Assembly (NCBI RefSeq): GCF_026210795.1
Contig: NC_089433.1
Location: 5,270,001 to 5,334,000 of the forward strand
DNA: 64,000 nt
Direction: 5' to 3'
Source of the DNA: Rhizophagus irregularis
Lineage: Eukaryota
The notes under the pieces are model-generated. The model worked only from the letters and a program-made list of their open reading frames with translations, had not been told where the DNA came from and ran no database searches. A program made the position numbers and the translations under genes. Positions 24,541-37,260 of this stretch are shown in pieces; the first letter of the stretch is position 1; every line of letters begins with the position of its first letter.

Positions 24541-27500
24541 GAAATATGTTTTTTCATGTGAACACGTTCAATGTTTGAATTTTGAAACGTTCAAAATTTC
24601 AATATATTAAAGTTTGAGGATGATCTATTCGAGCGATTGTAGTATAAAAATAATGGTTATCCTTAATCAAATGAGTCATATGAAAATTTATTTAAAAACT
24701 TTATCGATGTGTCATATATGGTTTGGTTTGCAATGCCCGACTGATTTATCAATTGGAATATTCCCGCCAGTTTAGGATTATACTTTCATAATATTTGTTA
24801 CATCAAATGTGAAATTTTTCACACAAATAAGCCTTTTTCACGGATAAAATTTGTACAGCGTTTGTACCCGATCCAAATATTACAGTATTGATTGTTTCTA
24901 ATTTTGGCAATTGCATATATTTGTAGTACGAAAGTATATGTTCAAATATTTTATTTGAAGGTGCAATATACACTATTTATCGAAAGGTATAATGTAAGTA
25001 TTCTTGCAATTTGTTATATATATTTTCGGTACGAAAAAAAAAACAAAAAAAAAAGAGAATTAAAGGTTAAAAATATTTTAAAAATTATTACAAAAAATGA
25101 TTTTCTCATTTTATGGCAAATGGATTGATAAAAATTCTGATTATGGATACAAATCGGGGACATTGACCTTGTAAAAGGAGTAAGATAGGGATAAAAAATA
25201 ACCCTTTTTTTTTGTGTCATTATCAGATATTTGACGAATTCATGTACAGCCATATGAAAAAAAATGTATCTATCGTATGATTAATTTTACAAATTTTTAT
25301 GTTGTGAAATGCGGTAGTTGTTTTTTATAAACGTTCCGATACCGGGAAATTTTGCCACATTTAACAAGAAATAAAGCCACAGTTACAAAATTGTAATGTT
25401 TCTTTCAAGCGTAGATTTAATAAATTTTATATTTTTAAAAAGACATGAAAAAAAAAACGGTGGCTTAGTTGTGCCCCTGATGTTGGTACAACGCGGTTAC
25501 TAAAAAAAATCATAACCGATCAGCGGCTCATAGCCACGTTATTCTTTTTTTTAAAAAAAAACGTACTGTCAAATCCAATGGGCTGAAAAAAAATGTTTTT
25601 TTTGGGGGTTGTAATTTATTTTAACGAAAAAAAAAAATTCATAGAATATTTTAATTAATGTAAGAAGTTTCTGTCATTTTTTAATAAAAAAAAAAAATTT
25701 TTTCTCATTTAATATTTATTTCAGCCACATCATCTGCGTATCACAAACAAGTGTTTTTTTTGTTGATCGTTTACCTGTTTATGGGATCATGAAATATTTT
25801 TTGTTCAAATATAAAAGGAACCTGAGATCAGGGTATTTGTAAATTGTAATTCTATAAAAAAAATTCTTTCTTTTAATTAACTAGAAAGGGAGATTTAAAG
25901 AATACCAACGAATTATTTGTCCATTTTTACCCTTTTTTTGAACAAACTACAAAAATTGGGTTCTTTTTTTTTATTAATAACCTATCAAAAATTAAAAATT
26001 AATTTTAAAAATTTATGAGCCTATGAATATCAATCAGGCTCGAAAACCAAGATGGCTGAAATGCAACAAATGTAACGATAGAAGATATCAGAAAATTTTT
26101 CGTGAATTATATCTTTTCTGACAAAATTGATATGATCGCGAGAACTCATTACGTATTGCACAAATATATTCTAATGCCGTGGATTTTCTTAAAACGGCCC
26201 AGATTTTATGGAAGAAAAATCATGAATCTCTAAAAGTTCTAATTCAAATTTATAAAATTTCGATCAAAGATTATATGGATTTTTGGATTACGCACGAAGA
26301 TTAATGATTCAATTTGGAATTAAGACCGAAATTGAAGTAACTAGTTGGGGACGCATTGTGAATATTATTACAAAAGTTTATAAAAAGAAACTTCGCGATG
26401 TAACAAAATCTGTGATGGAAGCAGTAATTCCAATTAAAAGACATTATAGAAAATTATTCAAACAAGAATTTTTATTGAGGCCCATAGTAGAGTCCATGGA
26501 AACTAATGGATTTATTAGGACCTTGTGACTAGTTCAAACGGTAATTATAATCTTGATCAAGATTTAATTGATTTATGGTGTATAATTGGGGGTATTATTT
26601 ATTTCAGCTAGGATCATAGTTATTTTGGGAATTTTTTTTTATTTTTTTTATTTTTTTATTTCTTAAATATCTTTTTTTTAAATATTTCTCCATTAAAAAT
26701 ATTTTAAATAGATTCTTAAAAAGTTTTTTAAATAAATTTTATAAATTTTTTAAATAAATTTCTTAAATATTTTTTTTATTTTTTAAATTATAATTATGAT
26801 CAAGATTTAATTGATTTATGGTGACCTTATGACCGATACGAACTTATAATAGCTAGTTATTTTGCAATTTTTTTTTTCAAAAAAAAAGAAAAAAAATAAG
26901 AAATAAAAGAAGGGAATTTTTTATTTTTTAAATATTTATATCTTATCAAAATTATAAAGTTCGCGACCATAATTAAACTCTGTTCAATAATGCCAGCCTC
27001 TAACGTAGTCCAACGTAGGTTAGATGATAATAACTATACGTAAGGGTTTTTGACAACACTAACACTAAATCTCCTACTAATTATATTCATATGATTTTCC
27101 AAATTGGTAAAAATCTCAGGTCATAAAATTCAAAGCATAACATGATGCAACATATAATATGGAAAAAAATTTTTTTACAAATTTTTCAAAAATTTTAAAT
27201 AAATACTAACCGGTGTAAGTCCGGAGCGAAAAGCGATTTCACTGGTGATGATCACGTGGCGGACAGAGAAATTCACGTGATCATTTTTTTTCCATAGCTG
27301 ATAGTGCGTAATTGTCCACTTTCAATTTATGATCGGAATTTATATTGCCTTTGTTCGTTCACTGCTATGGTGACTAGTTCTCCATTAGTCAGTCCATTCC
27401 AACGAAGGGTGGGTCTGCTTGTTAGATTTTGTGCATTTAGTTTAGATCAATATTCTTTATGTCTAGTTTCTATGCATAATGTTTTCGTATCTTTCTGACT

Positions 27501-29116
27501 TTCTTAAGTAAAAATAAAATAAATAAAAAAATTTATGATCGGAATGTCGATCATAGACCCGGGTATTTTAGTCAATAAATAAATAATAATCTATTTCAAT
27601 TTTCAAAAATAATATTACTTCCTGAAATTCATTTCGGTATTTCATCATACATTTATGTCGAACGTTTATCCCTAACCCGTATGATGACAGTTCACGGCGC
27701 TACTCAATGTTGATATTTAAATTACCATTAATTACTTTACTATTATTATCTGGTAATTAACATTACTATACTAAATTTTGGATCACCTCCGCGGCTCCGC
27801 CATAATAAAAGCTTTTCACAATTTTTTCCCAATCTTGTTCACAAATTTTACGTCTAACTGTTTCAAACGCATAAACCAAAGAACCATCTTTCTCCTAATC
27901 GTATCAAACTTGCTTAAAATGGCTTCTAATTTCTTCAAGAGATATGTGATCGGTTTGAAGTTTCAGATTGGCTAGCCACGCTCAGCTGATCAGTTTCAAT
28001 TTTTCATCAATGGAAGCATTAATTGTGCTGCCAAAGTTATTACAGCAGAATGGCCTAAATTTTAATATTTTTTTTTTATGTGATATCTGGGATTTATTAA
28101 TATTATTTCATAATATAATAAAATTTAATACAAATATTTAATGTATACAATGTCGGAAAGTAACGTCCGATTTGAAATTGAAGTCAAACACAAATATTTA
28201 TATTTTTTTTTTCATTAGTCTACACATTAATAAAAAAATCTATATTTAATTTTCTTTTTAATACTGCATCAAATTTTCATAACGCCAGAGCAGTAGCTTT
28301 CTTTCTATATATTATTAATGTTTTTCTCTTGTTTTGAGAAGTAAAAAAACGAAAAATGGAAATAAATGACTCAATTAGACGTCACTTTTAACGTGACTGA
28401 ATACGTATAATTCCGTATCATAGGAATTTTCAAAAATAAAAACATATAACATGGATAACCTCAACAATAATATTAGTTATAAACTAACTGAATCACAGGA
28501 AGCTTAGATATTAATTTTAAATAAAAAATTATTATTTAATTAATTTCCTATTATTTTATGATTTAATTTAGATTATTTCTATTCTGTAAGAATGGTTACA
28601 GTTTCTTTTTATTAGTGATTAGTCTGTGAAGAGTTTTAGTTGTTTCAAAAATTGTAAATTTAAAAAAAAATGAAATTATTTTCTTCGACACGAATAGTCA
28701 CGTGATCGGCATTTCGTAATTTATTGGCTGATCGACGTCGATCATCACGTGAAATTAAACCAATAAACAGATTTTTATCTATGCTACTTTAAGTATAAGC
28801 AGGATAACATTCTCTTTTAGAATATGTTGTTTACAATATGTATACTGGAAATTTTAGGGCTTCCTTTAACTCTACAAAAACAAACAATTTATAGTTATTG
28901 ATATTCTGATTTATTTTAAACATGATGATTATATGGTTGGGCTAAATGGCCGATCTGTATATCGGAAAAAATATGGCCCGAAATAAATAACTTATATATT
29001 CTGCTTTTGGTTAAATAATCCTTTTTAGTAACTCAATGACGCATTAAATAAAAAAAATTGTCAAAAAATTTCGTCTAAAAAAATTTCACCTAAAGAAAAT
29101 AAAATTTTCCAACTAA

Positions 29117-32100
29117 ATGGATAAAGATACTGATATAGTAAACACCAAAAATTGTTTCTATTGCAATAAACCTTTTACTGAAGAATTACAGTGTGAAGAA
29201 TGTATTAATTCTTTAGAAAAATTAGCAGAAAATGGTAATAGAATGGCAATGTTGAATTTAGCCAATAGCTATAAAAGTGGAGTAGGAACAGAGAAGAATT
29301 TAGAAAAAGCCTTTTATTGGTATCAAAAAGCAGCAGAAAATGGTATTAAAGAAGCAATGTTTTATTTAGCCATATGTTATAAAAATGGAGAAGGAACAGA
29401 AAAGAATTTAGAAAAAGCCTTTTATTGGTATCAAAAAGCAGCGGAAGATGGACATGAAGGTGCAATGAATGATTTAGCCATATGTTATAAAAATGGAGAA
29501 GGAACAGAAAAGAATTTAGAAAAAGCCTTTTATTGGTATCAAAAAGCAGCAGAAAATGGGCTTGAAATTGCAATGAACAATTTAGCCATACGCTATGAAA
29601 ATGGAGAAGGAACAGAAAAGAATTTAGAAAAAACCATTTATTGGTATCATGCAATGAATAATTTAGCCACATGTTATTTTTATGGAGTAGGAACAGAAAA
29701 GAATTTAGAAAAAGCCTTTTATTGGTATCAAAAAGCAGCAGAAAATGGGTATAAAAGAGCAATGTTTAATTTAGCCCCATGTTATTTTTATGGAGTAGGA
29801 ACAGAAAAGAATTTAGAAAAAGCCTTTTATTGGTATCAAAAAGCAGCGGAAGATGGACATGAAGGTGCAATGAATGATTTAGCCATATGTTATAAAAATG
29901 GAGAAGGAACAGAAAAGAATTTAGAAAAAGCCTTTTATTGGTATCAAAAAGCAGCAGAAAATGGGAATGGAGGTGCAATGGATAATTTAGCCACATGTTA
30001 TTTTTATGGAGAAGGAACAGAAAAGAATTTAGAAAAGGCCTTTTATTGGTATCAAAAAGCAGCAGAAAATGGGCATGAAGGTGCAATGAATAATTTAGCC
30101 ACATGTTATTTTAATGGAAAAGGAACAGAAAAGGATTTAGAAAAAGCCTTTTATTGGTATCAAAAAGCAGCAGAAAATGGAGATGAAGGTGCAATGTTTT
30201 ATTTAGCCATATGTTATAAAAATGGAGAAGGAACAGAAAAGAATTTAGAAAAAGCCTTTTATTGGTATCAAAAAGCAGCAGAAAATGGGTATAAAAGAGC
30301 AATGTTTAATTTAGCTTCATGTTATTTTTATGAAGTAGGAACAGAAAAGAATTCAGAAAAAGCCTTTTATTGGTATCAAAAAGCAGCAGAAAATGGACAT
30401 GAAGGTGCAATGAATAATTTAGCCATATGTTATAAAAATGGAGTAGGAACAGAAAAAAATTTAGAAAACTCCTTTTATTGGTGTCAAAAAGTAGCAGAAA
30501 ATGGCTATACTGTTGCAATGTTTAATTTAGCCATATGTTATAAAAATGGAGAAGGAACAGAAAAGAATTTAGAAAAAACCTTATATTGGTATCAAAAAGC
30601 AGCAGAAAATGGACATGAAGATGCAATGTTTAATTTAGCCATATGTTATGAAAATGGAGAAGGAACAGAAAAGAATTTAGAAAAAGCCTTATATTGGTAT
30701 CAAAAAGCAGCAGAAAATGGGGATAAAGTTGCAATGAATAATTTAGCCACATGTTATAAAAATGAAGAAGAAACAGAAAAGAATTTAGAAAAAGCCTTTT
30801 ATTGGTATCAAAAAGCGGCAGAAAATGGTGTAAAAGTAGCAATGAATAATCTAGCCTCATGTTATAAAAATGGAGAAGGAACAGAAAAGAATTTAGAAAA
30901 AGCTTTTTATTGGTATCAAAAAGCAGCAGAAAATGGGCTTGAAATTGCAATGAACAATTTAGCCATATGCTATGAAAATGGAGAAGGAACAGAAAAGAAT
31001 TTAGAAAAAGCCTTTTATTGGTATCAAAAAGCAGCAGAAAATGGAAATGAATATGCAATGAATAATTTAGCCATATGTTATAAAAATGGACAAGGGACAG
31101 AAAAGAATTTAGAAACTGCCTTTTATTATTTTCAAAAAGCAGCAGAAAATGAGTATAAAGATGCAATGAATGATTTAGCCATATTTTATTTTTATGGAGA
31201 AGGAACAGAAAAGAATTTAGAAAAAGCCTTTTATTGGTATCAAAAAGCGGCAGAAAATGGTGTAGAAGTAGCAATGTTTAATTTAGCCATGTGCTATAAA
31301 AATGGAGAAGGAATAGAAAAGAATTTAGCAAAAGCTTTTTATTGGTATCAAAAAGCAGCAGAAAATGGGCATGAAGGTGCAATGAATAATTTAGCCATGT
31401 GCTATAAAAATGGAGAAGGAACAGAAAAGAATTTAGAAAAAGCCTTTTATTGGTTTCAAAAAGCGGCAGAAAATGGGCATGAAGGTGCAATGAATAATTT
31501 AGCCATATGTTATAAAAATGGAGAAGGAATAGAAAAGAATTTAGAAAAAGCCTTTTATTGGTATCAAAAAGCGGCAGAAAATGGGTATGAAAGTGCAATG
31601 TTTAATTTAGCCATATGTTATCTTTATGGAGAAGGAACAGAAAAGAATTTAGAAAAAGTCTTTTATTGGTATCAAAAAGCAGCAGTAAATGGACATAAAG
31701 TTGCAATGCATAATTTAGCTATATTTTATAAAAATGGAGAAGGTACAAAAAAGGATCTAGAGAAATCTTTTTATTGGTATCAAAAAGCAGCAGAAAATGG
31801 GCTTGAATATGCAATGAATAATTTAGCCATATGTTATAAATATGGAGAAGGAACAGAAAAGAATTTAGAAAACGCCTTTTATTGGTATCAAAAAGCAGCA
31901 GAAAATGGGGGTGAATATGCAATGTATAACTTAGCCACATTTTATAAAAATGGAGAAGGAACAGAAAAGAATTTAGAAAACGCCTTTTGTTGGTATCAAA
32001 AAGCAGCAGAAAATGGGCATAAAGATGCAATGAATAGTTTAGCTATATTTTACGAAAATGGAGAAGGTACAAAAAAGGATCTAGAGAAAGCCTTTTATTG

Positions 32101-33522
32101 GCATCAAAAAATGATAGAAAGTAATGAAATAGGTTCTAAAAATGAAGTTGAATGTGATGAATGTAAACAACCATATATTGATCACCAGTGGTGCCAACAA
32201 TGTAATACTAAACGTTTTCAACAAGATTTTTCCAAGTGGACAAGTAAAAATAAATTTATTGATAAATTTATTCAAGATGCACAACTAAGTGCTAAAAGTA
32301 GTTATGAGCTTTTAGAATGGATACCTTATAATAACTTGACAAAAATTAACTATTATGATAAAGGAGGATTTAGTGAAATTCATAAAGCTATCTGGTTGGA
32401 TGGACCTGTTTATGGTTGGAATGCTGACAAACAACAATGGAATAGACAAACAGACTATGAGGTCATTCTTAAAACACTTAATAATTCATCAAGTTTAAAT
32501 AGTAAATTTCTAGATGAGGTATAGTATTTTTATGTTTAATAATGATTTTATTTTCTTCGTAAAAATGAAAGTTTTGATAATTTTTTATATTTATATAGTG
32601 GAAATATCATTATAATTGTCAGAAACAATCATTTTCAAAATTCATTCAATTTTTTGGGATTACTCAAGATCCAAATAATTTAAATTATATAATAGTAATG
32701 AGTTATGCAAAAAAAGGAAGTTTAAGAAAATGTTTATCTAATATAATTAAATTTAAGTGGCAAGACAAGTTGCAATTATTGAAAAAAATTATACTAGGAC
32801 TTAAAATAATTCATGAGTCAAATTTAGCTCATGGTGATTTTCATGATGGCAATATATTAATGTCAAATGATTACAATGAGTTATTTATTATTGATTTAGG
32901 ATTGTGTAAACCTGTAAGTGAATTACAAGATTCTGATAATGAAATTTATGGAGTTCTGCCTTATATGGCGCCTGAAATATTAAGAAGATATTCCTATACT
33001 CCAGCAAGTGATATTTATAGTTTTTCAATGATAATGTGGGAATTTACATCAGGTCATCCTCCATTTAATTATGAAGAACATGACCAAAACCTTGTCTTAG
33101 ATATTTGTGAAGGAAAACGTCCTGGAATTATAAAAAACACTCCAAAATGTTATATAGATTTAATGAAAAAATGTTGGGATTCAAATCCTTCCAATAGACC
33201 AACCATAATGATGCTTGAAAATGTTATATCTGAATGGATTAGATGTATGAATGAATATTATAGATTAAATAGTGATGGAAATCATAGATATGAAGTACCT
33301 AATATTTATGATCAATTAAAAAATGATTTGATGGAATTTGTAAAAGCAAACAGAGCTTTAATACAAGAACAAGTAAATACTTCTATCATATATTCTCATC
33401 CACAAGCATATTATGCAAGTCGCAAACTTACTGAAATTTTGAATCAAAAAAGTTTTGAATACATTACTGAAATTTCAGATCAAGAGAAAACTCAATGTTA
33501 TGAATGTATAATTGAAAATTAA
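29117..33522 (+). CDS. Sel1-like repeat (27 units) plus C-terminal TKL kinase, 1441 aa; exons 29117-32518 and 32599-33522
   Basis: 36-aa repeats AMxxLAxCYxxGxGTEKNLEKAFYWYQKAAENG. Phase-0 GT-AG intron 32519-32598. Kinase motifs KGGFS, VILK, HGDFHDGN, DLG, YMAPE. Confidence 0.93.
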
Positions 33523-34889
33523 TGATTATATTGATTATTCTTTATTTAGTGGATTATTTATCAATTAAAGTGCCATTCATTATAATGACATCTTGGTAAA
33601 CTGATGTATACTAAAATGACAAAACTATTAAGAACAAATTCCATTATTTAAATTTGCTCGTTATAATGACATTATTATGAATATTACTATATAATAACTG
33701 TGACATGAAATTTTGATAAACTAATTTTTACAAAGCCACAATCAAGCTTGATATAATAATGACATCATGAATATAATGATAGTCGTCAGTCATTATAGAA
33801 ATGTATTAAAGTTTATACAACAGCAGGATGAAAATTTGAAATTGATGACAAATTAATGAATGGTTTAAAAAAATTACAAAAAAAAAATATATAATATAAA
33901 ATATAATAATAAAGTAGTATCAGCAAAACAGACTAGTTTTTTCACTAATTAATTCTTAGTAGCTTTATTAATTATACTAGTATATTGCTAATAGCTATAT
34001 GGTTTATAAATTTTAAATAGTCTTTTTAATTATGATCAAACCCCAAAATATAGTTCCATGTTTGCAAAAAGAAGAAGTTTTTGCTATAACATGACATAAG
34101 GTATAAATAAATATTTTAATTTGCATTGATAGTTTTTCCTTATATGAAACGAACAAATCACATGCTAATGCAAAATAATTATATGATAGTAAAAATAAAA
34201 TAGCTTATATATGTATATGAAAGGCGTCTACATAATAACTAATATAAATACATTATTCAATATCTGAATTGACATAATGCAAAACTCACAGTCATGTAAT
34301 CATATAACTTAGAATTGGGAATTTTTAAAACAACTTCCATTTTTTTTAAAATTCTGTAATTTAATATTTGTTACAAGATAAATTTTTACCCTTAAGTAAT
34401 AGGAACGAGATAGTGGACCACTTGGTAGCTACTAACGGAAAGTTATCTCGTTACATTACAACACTGACCTCAGAGAAAGCTGTTTTATTACATTATGAAC
34501 CTTTCAACTGACAATAACTGGTTCCTTTTAATAAATGATACACTTTATTTAGGAACAATTTATTCGTCTGATAATACTACTACCATTACACTTGAAAAAT
34601 TTAGTAATCACAATAATGATGACCCTTACAACTCATATTTAATAAAGAGGAAGACCTTGAGAAACTACAGTTTGTTACTATACAACACCAAAAATATAAA
34701 CTCACAGCTACAGGCACCCATGTCATACAGTATTCCCTAACTGCTGGACACACTACAATTATATATTATAATCCCAGCCCTTTCCAAAAGTCAAAAGAAA
34801 AACTTCGAAGAAAACAAAAGACCATACAACCATATCCTAAGAGGATCTAGGCTCGTTATATATTCCAAGCATTCATTACGTTACACCAA

Positions 34890-35825
34890 GTTGGCTTAAT
34901 TGAAAAAAATTTAATGCGCAAAAAATATAATAAAGAAATAAATAAATGTTATATCATGAATATAAAATAATAAATAGATATTATACCATAACAATTTAAG
35001 CGCTTCAAAAGTTGGATAAAATTTCTTGAGTCCTTTCACCATAGAATCTCCATATAAGCTGGTATTAATAATTTTTTGAGAAGCGACTTCCAGGCGCTAT
35101 GTTCGCCTTATCTAAAAGTCAGAAAACTTTGATCTCCAACCTAGAAAATTAATAGTAATTTTTCTTGGAATTATATACAGAATAGGGTTATAATATCATA
35201 AAACAGTTAACACGCAAAATTTGATACTCACAGTATAAATAAAGCCGATTTACAGTATATTGCTTTTATACTCTTTGTGAAGATATCAATTGTACTGTAC
35301 GTAGAGTCCTAAAAAAGTTGGATCAAAACATTAGTAATCCGACTGTTGCATAGAGTTATTAGTCAATTATTGATCTTGAACTTACAGTATGTATTCTCTT
35401 TTTTTATCAGAAAACACGATTTTTCCAACTTACAATTCGTCATATGCTGAAATCAAGTACGTTTGTTTTAGTCAAATACTCAACCCATTTTTGAACAATA
35501 TGGGAGAAACTATAAAAAAAAAAGAAAAGTTCTAAGTATTGTTAAAAAACAAAATACTAATTTATTACTTCCATGGTAGGAGTCATGGCAGTTATATGAT
35601 GGCTTAATTGAAAAAAACATGAGGCGCATAACGGCATAAGTATAATAAAGTAATAATAATTTTCATAAACTGGTATTAATTTTTTGAGAAGCAACTTCCA
35701 GGCGTTATGTTCAATTTCTTGCATGAAAAATCAGAAAACTTTGACTTCTAACCTAGATGATCAATCTGAAGGCTCAAGAATTTTTTCTTAGAATAGTTAA
35801 CACACAAATTTGATACTCACAGTGT
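34890..35825. repeat. Diverged direct repeat pair (~34890-35235 and ~35600-35825)
   Basis: Shared blocks in order: ggcttaattgaaaaaaa, ctggtattaat, gagaagc(g/a)acttccaggcg, cagaaaactttga, tttgatactcacagt. Confidence 0.7.
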
Positions 35826-36505
35826 ACACTTGTGAAAAATTTTATAAGTGTTTTTTATGTTCTTTGCAGAAATAGTATAACCATTAACTAGAAAAAAAGA
35901 AAAAAGATAAATGCGTGATATATAATGTTCTTAAAATAATTTTCAAATTAATTATTTACCAAATATTTATTCCTTTTAAAATTGAAATTTCTTCATTCTA
36001 CCAGTGATTGTAAATTTCTGCATTTACCTATTATGAGAAAGAAAAATTATTAATAGTGTGCTAAATTTTTATTTAATCATAAAGAAGACATAGCCAATTC
36101 CTCCTTTAGAATTAGCAGACTTTACTAATAACAAAGTAGGATGTTATCTGCTTGAGTTGGTTATCAAGTGAACAAAAGAAATAAAAAAAGAAAAAAAAAG
36201 AAAAAAAAGGGAATAAAAAAAATAAAAATAAAAATAAAATAAAATAAAAAAAGCAGGTAATTTCATAGGAATTACCCACTTTGCTCACCCTTACCCAACT
36301 CAAACAAATAAATCCAGTACCCTCCTAAGTAAAATTTGTGAACTCCCCGACTCAATGAGTTATCCGTTCTAATTTTGACTTAGGAAGTTACTCACTTTGC
36401 AAATAAAAAAATACACACCTCTTTTAAAGTCTCCTAACCATTTTACACACGTCTAGTAAACTGACAATACTCCATTTAGAGAGCTTTCGTCTGTTGCCTA
36501 GTGTT

Positions 36506-37260
36506 TCAATGCTGTAACTGGTAAATAATTGCCCATAAATTTTTGATCAGATTTAAGTCAAGGCTGTTGGATGGCCACTCTAACACTACTGAAACATTTT
36601 CCTTAAGAAAGACGGCTGGTATGCTTGGGATCATTGTCTTGTTGGAAGCACCAATGACCACCAAGCATTGTACGAAGAATTTCCACAATCCACATAAAAA
36701 TTTGGCATTCATAATTTGTTTAAAACAAAATAATTTTGTTTTTCCTTTCATGCAGAAACTACCTCATGCCATAATCTTCGTACGATCTTTAGGCATACAC
36801 CGAACTGGTCTTTCTCCTTTATACCATCATTCAACAGTGTTTCTAAAGATTTGAAAAGAAGTTTTATCGTAAAATCAGTTTTGTCTCATCAGTTATTAAT
36901 ATGTTTTTTTGCCTACTTCACATGCTTTACCTTGTGTATTTCGGTCAGTATAGGGTTGCGTTAGGCAGTCTTTTTACATAACTTGAAAGATGCCTTCCAA
37001 CGGTTCTATACGATACTTCTACACCTATATTTTCTCCAAAGTTCTTGTGGAAAGAGACGTATCATGCCTTACATATTGACCAAGTACATGGGAGACATTT
37101 GCGGTAATCTTTTTGGGTCTCCAGCATGCTTTATAGTCCCATTTTCTTTTAATTTTTTTATATTATCGTAAATAGTGGACTTTGGGATGTTTGTTAACCT
37201 ATGTAATACCGTTATTCCATAAATGTAATAGACTTCACGAGACGTTTTTAAGACATTACG
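36506..37260 (-). mobile_element. Decayed Tc1-family transposase pseudogene
   Basis: HRLTNIPKSTIYDNIKKLKENG, KGKTKLFCFKQIMNA and LEWPSNSLDLNLIKNLWAI match the intact transposase at 41998; frameshifts and stops present. Confidence 0.88.

Noticed and set aside
29346..32284. Minus-strand Leu/Phe-rich ORFs
   Set aside because: Antisense shadows of the Sel1 repeat CDS.
34495..34740. 81-aa ORF
   Set aside because: No recognisable motif or splice support; cannot be called.
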